A DNA stretch of 32,570 nucleotides from Macrostomum lignano (Eukaryota): contig NIVC01004536.1 in the NCBI GenBank assembly GCA_002269645.1, positions 1 to 32,570 on the forward strand. Direction: 5' to 3'. The stretch's first letter is position 1, and every line of letters starts with the position of its first letter. The notes under the pieces are model-generated. The model was not told the DNA's origin. It ran no database searches and saw only the letters and a program-made list of their open reading frames with translations. Of this stretch, positions 22,371-31,577 are shown piece after piece. The position numbers and the translations under genes were made by a program.

Positions 22371-22801
22371 CTATTTCGGCCACTGCTGCCAAACCTGCTG
22401 CTCAACGACCCTGCCCCGTTCTGCTAATGTTGCGCTAAGTGATGTTATATATTTCATACTTTCTATTTTACCCGTAAACTATATGTAACTACGTAAACAG
22501 GAAATAAATGATAACTAAAATGCATTTTTCATTTCGCTCTTCAAAGTCTTCGTATACGTGATATAACTTTAACAAACTGAAACACTGCACGCAATGCAAC
22601 CTACTGAAAGTAGTGTGTAAATACTGGGGTCGAATAAAAGATTGCAAGTAGGAGTCATGAGGACCCCTACTGAACAGGGTCCGGTCTGCGTCTGAATCAG
22701 TCCTACATCAGCGTCTGGCGGACTCGATTTCAGTAGGACATAAGCACCCTACCCAGACGGCCCAAAACTGACGCCCGATGGACGGCTTTTTTTACACCGG
22801 G

Positions 22802-23836
22802 GTACTGGGTGACGGTTACGCCCTGGCTCTTTTTCTCGACATTGTTGGCGCCTTCGACAACGTTATCTTTGAAGCGTTTCAGAGGACCCTTCAAAACCAC
22901 AAAGCTCACGCTACCCTCATACGGTGGATCATGTACATGATCTCTAACCGTACGGTCACTGCCCAACTTCTCGGGCAAACTACCTCCGCCAGAGTCTGTA
23001 AGGGTGGACCCCAAGGCGGAGTCCTCAGCCCGACGCTCTGGAATCTGGTCATGGACGCTCTTCTGGGTGACTCCCGACCTGATCCCGTTTTCAAAGTCGG
23101 GTATGCTGACGACGTCACTGCCATTGTGGCAGGGCCGTCCCCCAGCACGCTCAGGGATCTGATGCAGAGCTTTATCCGCAAAGCAGAATCCTGGGCCAAT
23201 GACAACGATCTGGAACTCTCTGAGCCCAAAACCGTTGCCATTATGTTCACCAGCAGAATACGCTGAAACATACGACCTCTGCAGTTATAGGCAGAGATAT
23301 TGCCTTCGCGCACCAGACCAGATGTCTCGGGGTCATAATTGACCACCGGCTCAACTGGTCCTTTCACGTGAAAGCAAAAGCCAAGCGTGCCTCAACCATC
23401 CTGGCCCAGCTCCGACGAGCACTTGGCACCTCTTGGGGTCTATCCCCAAAGCGACTTTGGTGGATCTACAATTCCGTAGTTAGACCTGCCATTACGTACG
23501 CCTCGGTTGTCTGGGTTAGCGCTACCCAGGTCAAAAGTCATGCAGATTTGCTCAACGCAATCCAGGGCAGAGCGTGTAGGCTTATCTGCAACGCCACCAG
23601 GTCCACGCCCTTTGCCGGCATGGGGGCCTTCCTTAATCTACCGCCTCTCGACCTCTTCGTCAGGGGTGAGGCGGCTAGAACGACGCGGCGTTTACTTGAT
23701 GCCGGTGTCAAATTCCTTTGCATGAGGGCACCTGCTAAGCGGAACCTCGTCCCGCATAGCGACCTGTGCCTCAACATTCTTAACGAGTGTCAGGCCAATC
23801 GCGTCTTCACCGATGGCATTGCCTCAACGCTCAACA
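22802..23836 (+). mobile_element. LOA/R1-like LINE relic, 3' piece (RT domains 3-7 and thumb), 3'-truncated
   Basis: VLGDGYALALFLDIVGAFDNV, KGGPQGGVLSPTLWNLVMD, VGYADDV, KTVAIMFT, WGLSPKRLWWIYNSVVRPAITYASVVW, TPFAGMGAFLNLPPLDLFVRGEA; internal stops and frameshift. Confidence 0.93.
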
Positions 23837-23837
23837 T

Positions 23838-24510
23838 ATTGCTAAAAACTTTGCTTTCCTGACCCTCAACCGCAGTGGCTGACTCTGGACATATTCGTCA
23901 CAGCTGGCTGGTCCCTGCCATCCTGCGATTCTGCCAGAAAGTCGGATTTTAGCCATAAGCGATAGTGTATTCAGTACACCCCTGTACGCCAATTAGCACT
24001 GCGCCTTAGTGCAGCCTTTTCAAGCCTCCAAATTTCATCAGCACGTCGATCACACGCGGCTGCATCAGCTCTGACTTCTTTAGTCACTGGCCTTCATCCA
24101 GGCGGAGCTTCTGAACCTTCAACAGGTGGCACCAGGTGAGTTTGAGAAGTTGCACAACAAAAAGTTAGCCCGTGCTCTTGAATTTCGTGTGCCTGCGTTG
24201 ATCCGTTCAAGCGCATTAAAAAATTGTCAGAGGGGGGGTAAATTCCCCCCTTGGTAGTTCTACTGATAATAGTAGCAAGTAGAGTGTAGTCTCATTAAAT
24301 TTTAATTCAGTTTTAGCTAAGCAACGACCAAACAATTTTCGCAGAGTACTTCAAGCGAGTTGCCTTGCTGTAAAGCTGTTTACAAACCAAATACTTCGTG
24401 GTGATCGGCAAGAAAAATCATCCAATAATCGACGAGATAAACAAAATCAACCTGCTGTCACTGAATAATCGAGGCAAGTCGTTGCTATGGATACAACAGA
24501 ATGCATCTTA
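23838..24510 (+). pseudogene. Relic of the 4TM gene: intron-3 acceptor plus the start of exon 4 (23857-23926) and decayed exon 5
   Basis: 67/70 identity to 10621-10690; exon-5 homolog has an altered acceptor and premature TAA at 24466-24468; exons 1-3 absent. Confidence 0.75.
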
Positions 24511-24946
24511 GGACAGGATGCATATTTAGAACAAATTACTTGAATCGACTTCAAATGTATCACTGCAAAGTAATTTTTTATCAAACTTTGGTAATCACGA
24601 TTTATAGTACCGCATAAACAGCCTACTTGAGTCAACAAATATACTCTGAAGCTTTTAAGCCGTTTATATGCGAGAGGAAACATATTTCGAGGTAAAATAA
24701 CAAAACAGAATAAATTACAATGTCATATAGTTAATTACACAACCGACTCTAAAAATGATAGAGCCAAGTCAATTAGACATGAAAGCTCGTTGAAAAATAC
24801 GCACGAAACTAATAAAAAGATTATTTACATTAATTAATTTCCAAGGCAAACGCACTGTCAGGACAAATCAACCTACGAGTAATCAAACACAGACGCAAAT
24901 GATCCATCAATTTATGAGTTAGCCAATAGCACTAAATGGGATGGCG

Positions 24947-24992
24947 ATTCAATTATTCAATTATTCAATTATTCAATTATTCAATTACTCAA
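24947..24992. repeat. (ATTCAATT)5 plus partial octamer repeat upstream of A2
   Basis: Single copy at the paralogous site 11808-11815. Confidence 0.9.
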
Positions 24993-25198
24993 ACGGGTAT
25001 TTGCTATGCCCCGATAGCAAATAACCACGATTGCTTCCCATGAACACTGCTTAGTTTGGACTATATGCAATCATAAAACGCATACCGGATGCAATATTGT
25101 CTGCTTCTATGCATCCATGTAGCATCCAGAGATTACATATACCGGCATCGAAGCAGTGTATTAGTCGAATTAGAGGCATCTAAGTCGAATCTTTCGCG

Positions 25199-26526
25199 AT
25201 GGCTGTCGAAGGGATGAAGTTGCTTGCAATATTGCTTCTGTTCTGTTCGATCCTGGCAAAGGAATGCCTCGCCAAGCGGAGAGACTATCAAGCCGAGCTG
25301 TTCAAATACTTGAAGAACAACATTACTGACTACAGTCCGAAACTGCGACCTACGCTCGACCCAGACCAGGAGGTAGAAGTACACGTCATCGCCTCACCAG
25401 GAATGATTGTATCCGTGGACAGTGCCAAGCAGAGCATGACAATAGCTGGTATGTTTTTTGCCAGCTGGTACGAGGAGCGACTGGTCTGGGACCCCCGGCT
25501 TTTCGGAAATGTCACCGCGATGGACTGGGACGGCAACCAGCTCTGGTTCCCGGTCATATTTGTCTACAACGGCATGGGAGACAATCAACTACTCAGTCCT
25601 CAGTTTCCGCCGTACATCACTTCCGTGCAGTCCAATTTGTCTGTGGTATCGACAACCTGGAGACAGGAGTGGGAGTTCTCTTGCGAGTTTAATATGACCC
25701 GCTTCCCTCTGGACCGTCACATCTGCGACATGGAGCTGTTCATGAATTCCCGCGAATCGGACAAAATCGTCCTAAGAAAAGGCTTATTATTGGCAAACTC
25801 ATCCTTTGAATACAACGAAGGCGTGGCTTTTGCTCGTAACAGCGAATGGCGGGTGCTGAACCTCAGCACATTCATACGGTACAACGACTTCAAAATGTTC
25901 AAAAATCTGCCGCCAGTGAAAATGCCGAACTTCGTGATGCGACTGGAGATTGAGCGAGTGTCCACTTACTACATGCTCAACGTGGTGACTCCCCTAATGC
26001 TGCTCACGCTGCTCCAGGTGCTCGTCTTCTTCGTGCCCGTCGAGTCTGGAGAGAAGCTGGGCTTCGGCATCACCATCATGCTGAGCTACACGGTGTTCCT
26101 GCTGCTGCTGGACGGCCTGCTGCCCAAGTCGCAGTCGATGCCGGCCGTGGCGTCGTTCATCACGGCGGCCATGGTGCTGTCGACGTCGTCTCTGCTGCTG
26201 ACGTCGGTGTCGATTCGGTTCCACTTCGCTGCGGAGTCTCAGCCGATGCCGTCGTGTCTCCGGGTCGTGTTCGTGAGCTGCCTGGGCCGCGTGATGCTGT
26301 GCGGTGAGCGGCGAGGCGGCAGCAGGACGGCACCGGAGGGAGACCTCGATGATTCTGCTGTGAACAAACCGAGCCGTGACGATGTGAGGACCGGAGAGAC
26401 GTCCGGAGAGCCGAGGCGCTCGGAGTGGCAGGTGCAGAGGTCGCCGTGGAGCGGCTGCTGATCCTCCTAGGCTGTCCGGTCACTTTGGCCATCACGTTTT
26501 GTTTCCTTATTTTTCCGTTTCTTTGA
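25199..26526 (+). pseudogene. Cys-loop channel subunit A2 (paralog of A1) with a 1-nt deletion at ~26433 before M4; pseudogene or consensus error
   Basis: 1328 nt vs 1329 in A1; GGTTGC in A1 is GGTGC here; otherwise an intact frame. Confidence 0.8.
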
Positions 26527-26997
26527 AAAAACATTCGGTGGCACCTTCACGGAGATGGGTTTTCTGATGGGTTAAAAATTCTCGTGTCTGACGAGAGTTT
26601 CGATATCTAAGCACCAAATTAACTTTGAAGATGATACGAAAACATTTTAATAGTATAATAAAGTCGGTTACTAATATATAGTTGCACTGAGTGAGGTGAA
26701 GAGTAAGTATCACGCTTCGACGTCACTAGTAAATTTTTTGGCGAACTGAATGTATACATGTATACGGACACTGTACTAAAAAATTATGATTGCTCTTTTC
26801 TAGGCCAAGTTTTCATTGGTAAGACCCTCTTGGCACAGCGCAAAAAGCTTAAAAAGATCAGAATAAACAACTTTTCTATGCATTGCCGCTATCCAATAAG
26901 ATTCTTTTAAGTTTTCGATTAAAGCTTGTCAAAAAACGCATGCTTGCTTCAGGTGTTATTTATAATATAAAGTAGTACAATCATATAATGATAGATA

Positions 26998-27270
26998 AAC
27001 CTGCCCTAATGGGCAGATTTGCAACCGACAGCTCAGCCGCAGCTATTGCGTGTCGCATCTGAAGGCTGCGTACGGCTGTTCAGTCCGAGGACTGGGGGGG
27101 GGGGTTCATACACACCCTCAATTACCCCCAGCTAATGCTGGCACATTTTACAGCTGGGTGAACTGAAGCGTGTCAGTGTCTTGCTCGAGGACACAAATTG
27201 TTCCAAGAGGGTCGAGAATCGAACCCCAGACCTTTCAGTCGTGAGTCCGACGCTCTGACCACTAGGCTAG
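26998..27270 (-). mobile_element. tRNA-derived SINE (copy 2, duplicated with the block)
   Basis: Near-identical to 13832-14106 at the paralogous position. Confidence 0.75.
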
Positions 27271-28177
27271 ATTTAACTACATCCAATAATAAGACAGTTC
27301 AGATGACGCAAGTGCAGGAAGGTTCCGTGGGAATCGGCCAGAATTGCAAGTCTGAAAACGGCGCAGTATTATTTGATGCAAACATTTTGAAGGGACTGCG
27401 TGCGGAAAACTTATTATAAATCACGCATGGGTTTCATCATATATTCTTTACCTTTTCATCCATATACATGTGAAAAATACTTGCTTGCTGTTATTTATTT
27501 TAAGTTACGCGTCCTAAAGCGCGTCTGCTGCCCCTTGAGGATCAAGGGAAAGACTGAGCACTACCGTGACTTATTGATATGTAATGTTTAAGGGTCTTTG
27601 ACCTTAACTATGTATATAAGCTAGGACACAATGGATCAATGGTACAAGCTAAAATTAAATTGGGCATTAGTTATTATTATACGCTATCGTATCTCAGATG
27701 AATCACATGTAAGTTCTTAGTTTGCGGCCGATTAGAAACTTATAGCTGCATTTAGTCATTCTACATTAGATGTCCACACGCTCCTCGAGCGAGCTTTATC
27801 CAGAGGCAAATATCAGCAGAGGAGCTGCGTAGAATCCGCAAATATCAGTCATACCTGGCAAAGTCAATTTAGAAAATGAATCGCAAATAATACTAATTTT
27901 CTGATGAGACGAAAGTCACACAATGAGATATACCTGGCTCAGTGCTGCATCAGATTAATTACGAGATACTCAGTGACTGCAATTCACAGATGCTCGTAGC
28001 AACTAAATAGGCAGACTATGCAAACTTCAGAATTTGATAGCCTACTGCAGTGTCAACATGTAAAACGCATTTACGCTTGTATAGCTTAAAGGCTCGGGTT
28101 CAACAGGATCTGGGGATTTTATTGTCCAAGCTTAGCACGCTGCTCATCATTGAGACGGCTAACTCAACTACATCCAC

Positions 28178-29477
28178 ATGCCACAGTTCAGCCTTACCCG
28201 CTTCTGTTTGGTCTTCAGCGCCATCGCTAGTGTTCAGGCGGCTCAGGCTAGAGACTTTGAAGCGGAATTGCTCGATTACTTGAAGACTAACAACTCTCGG
28301 CATAGCCGTGCGCTCAGGCCGAAACTAGATCCACATCAGGTGATTGAAGTGTCGCTCGGTGCTTGTCTGCTGAAAATTCTGGACGTAGACAGCGCCAAGC
28401 AGAGGTCACCATAGCCGCAACGGTCTACGCGATGTGGTTTGATGAACGCTTCGTCTGGGACCCGACCCAGTTTGGGAACATCACAATATTGGAATGGGAC
28501 AACCAGAAAATCTGGTTTCCTCCAATCGTTATTCTGAATGGTCTCGGCGACAATCAGCTGCTGAAGCCGGAGTTTCCATCATTTTTGGCCTCGATGTCAT
28601 CGAACAAGACATTGGTGTCGACTATTTGGCGACCAGATTTCGAGTTCACCTGCCAATTAAGCATGTACCGATTTCCAATGGATCGACACGTATGCAATTT
28701 TAGTTTGTATATGGAGGACCAGGCTCAGCTATACAAAAGTATCGTTCCAAGCAAGAAATTTTTGTGGAATGCGGAGAATGAGCAAGATGTGGAGTTAAAT
28801 GAAATTGGTGCGTATAAAAACAGCAGCGAGTGGCGACTGCTAAGTTTGAGTACTTCGGTAGAATATGGACTTGTCAACTTTTTTAAGAATTCACCACTGA
28901 TGCTAATACCAGCCTACAATATGCAAATGGAAATCGAGCGAGTGTCCACTTACTACATGCTACTACTGCACTACTGCTGCTCACGCTGCTCCAGGTGCTC
29001 GTCTTCTTCGTGCCAGTCGAGTCTGGAGAGAAGCTTGGCTTCGGCATCACCATCATGCTGAGCTACACGGTGTTCCTGCTGCTGCTGGACGGCCTGCTGC
29101 CCAAGTCGCAGTCGATGCCGGCCGTGGCGTCGTTCATCACGGCGGCCATGGTGCTGTCGACGTCGTCTCTGCTGCTGACGTCGGTAGCGATTCGGTTCCA
29201 CTTCGCTGCGGAGTCTCAGCCGATGCCGTTGTGTCTCCGGGTCGTGTTCGTGAGCTGCCTGGGCCGCGTGATGCTGTGCGGTGAGCGGCGAGGCGGCAGC
29301 AGGACGGCGCCGGAGGGAGACGCCGATGACTCCGTGGTGAGCAAGGCGAGCGACGTCGGTGAAAGGCGCTCGGAGTGGCAGGTCGCAGCGGTCGCCGTGG
29401 AGCGGCTGATGATTTTCTTGGGCTGTCCTGCCGCAGTGGCCATTGTGGTTGCATTTGTCATTGTTCTATCCTGTTAA
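28178..29477 (+). pseudogene. Cys-loop channel subunit B2 (paralog of B1) with two frameshifts
   Basis: ATG at 28178; missing C at 28404/28405; 14 nt of B1 replaced by 7 nt at 28962-28968 (net -7) at the start of M1. Confidence 0.88.
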
Positions 29478-30034
29478 TTTTAACTCGGCTAGACAAAAAT
29501 CGAAGCACAGTGATAGAGCGCTCTGTAGTAATATGAACTTATTAAACGTAATTTAAAAAAGCAGTCTCTCTTGTCTAATAGTTATTCTCTTTTACGTTCT
29601 CTAAGAAATGCCTCGCTGCTGAAGCCTTGGGGTCCAAAATTAAAGGTCACATTTGCTTAAACTATTTACACTAATGGGCAATGCTTAAAATACAAAATCC
29701 AACTTTAAAATCGACGTGGTCGCATTCGCTCTGAATGCACCAATTTTATCCTTTTTGTGAATCTTTGTGGTCTAATTTATTTTTTAACCTCTTTTGCGAC
29801 TAAGGGCTCGGTACTCCAAAACTGAGGCTGTTTTTACTTTATGTACCGGTATGGAAAAGCTTGAGTTTACACGGCACCTACGGATTCAGAACGGCGAGTT
29901 GGAGACTGTCACCAATTGGGACATCCCAAATCTGAAGCGATCACTGATTTGACTTCTGCAACTTTAACTTTCAGAAACTTTTAGGCTGCACCTTCGTCCC
30001 GCATACTGCCGTCCGGGCTATAAAAGGCACACAG

Positions 30035-30297
30035 TGAGGACCAAGGGTTTATTGGGCTGAGGACCATGGGTTCATGAGAATGAGATCCATGGGTTCAATG
30101 AGCTGAGGACCATGATTTCATGAGACTGAGGACCATGAATTCATGAGACTGAGGACCATGATTTCATGAGACCGAGGACTATGAATTCATGAGACTGAGG
30201 ACCATGATTTCATGAGACTGAGGACCATGATTTCATGAGACTGAAAACAATGGGTTCATTGGGCAGAAGAACAAGGCTTCGTTGTGCTGAAGACCAA
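30035..30297. repeat. 23-bp minisatellite (CATGAGACTGAGGACCATGA[T/A]TT) at the site paralogous to 16902-17280
   Basis: Seen directly; a different monomer variant from copy 1. Confidence 0.93.
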
Positions 30298-31577
30298 TGA
30301 TGTCGTAGCGTGGGCATGTGTCGCGTTTCTGGGGCGTTTGGTGCTGGTATGAGGTTTCGTTTGATTGGTATTTAGTTGGCGTGGGGGCTGCTCTCTTATT
30401 ACTTGCAGCTTGCTTCACTTGCATCTCGCCACGCCAGTTGGGTGAGAGTCTATTTATAACCTTTCTATCGCTTTCTATCGCTAACAGAGACAGTGACAGT
30501 TCATTAGGTTAGAGACCATGATTTTATTTGTGCTGAGGATCATGGCTTCATGAGACTGGGGATCATGGTGTGGTGGCGTGTGTCGCTGTTTGCATATACA
30601 AAATGTCCTCTACTCGTTGACAGCGAACCTCGACAGCAAAACTGCTATTCCAGTGTGCCGCTTAGAATTTCGGACGAAACAATTGCATCTAGGTCGTATT
30701 TTGGCACCCCGAATAGCTTTTTGCTTTTCTTCCAGCTTTCCAATCTAAAGCAATAATAAATCCACAGTCACAGGCTCAGAGCGATAGCTAATGCATCCGC
30801 AAACACTGGATGAAAGCAAATTATTGTCATAAAAATCTCGAAGTAGTCACTGACCTAGAGTAAATACCTGAGCTATGTTTACACAGATATGTAAACACGA
30901 ACACTTGAGTTCAGACCAATGGAATATCTTTGAATCATTTTTTAGGATAAATATAGCTATCTGGATTGATATCCGCCAGTCAAAGCCAATGGATTATATG
31001 GCTCTGGTTCCAGTGCTGTCCGTTCAAACAAAACCCATCACAGGCAGGCTGGTCGCAAAGAAATTTGTTCTACACAGTGACCTGGCGCTGTTTGCCCTGT
31101 GCATTAGCCTAATTGCATTTCGGAGGAGTGTATTTACAAATAGGACTATAGAAACGTATGATTATTAGTGTCCAAATACCAAGTTTTCGGACAAAGCAAA
31201 GTTTGTCACGGTATAGATTGGAGTGCTTTCAGTTCCAGGCGTTCAATAAAGTCTTTTTCAGGAAAATCGAGTGTTTAGTTTATTTCTAATCCAGTTATTA
31301 ATGTTTGTGATTAAGTGAATAATTAATCTGTCAAATATCTTGTGTGTCCTCTAACGAATGTTTATCAATCTGCCGTGTTACTCACATTGCCAGTAGTTTA
31401 TCCAATTACCGCATTAGCAGTTTCATGCTGCAGCATAAATCTGATTAGCTTCAGCCAATAACTACTCACCAGGGAAGTGAAAAAGCAGCCGAACTCTAAA
31501 AAAGATGAGCCTGCTCACATAAAACCTGCGATTCACCAACCGGAGTTCACTGCTTACTGGTCTCAAATAAGAGCGAA

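Larger units (their letters stand above)
19963..22801. mobile_element. Non-autonomous DNA transposon, 2839 bp, 13-bp perfect TIR (CCCGGTGTAAAAA...TTTTTACACCGGG), 2-bp TSD (GT); probably CMC (CACTA/EnSpm-Mirage-Chapaev) type
   Basis: TIRs seen directly; removing the element and one GT restores RT codons ATT GAA CGG GCG GTA CTG GGT GAC (IERAVLGD); no transposase recognised inside. Confidence 0.85.
23838..31005 (+). repeat. Segmental duplication, copy 2 (paralog of 10602-~17765)
   Basis: See copy 1; identity ~85-90% near the 5' end, ~97-99% from A's 3' half to 29714, ~70-80% afterwards (by-eye estimates). Confidence 0.93.

Noticed and set aside
18010-23836. Twin-priming inversion of a single LINE insertion
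   Set aside because: The two orientations cover the same RT segment and are clearly diverged, so they are separate elements
24230-24252. G7-TAAATT-C6 hairpin, possibly a transposon terminus
   Set aside because: No matching partner end or TSD found in the window
30376-30441. Exon-like hydrophobic segment (TTTAG|..GVGAALLLLAACFTCISPRQL..|GTGAGA) and LALFALCISLIAFRR near 31080-31130
   Set aside because: Could not be joined into a consistent gene model and has no counterpart in copy 1; left unannotated
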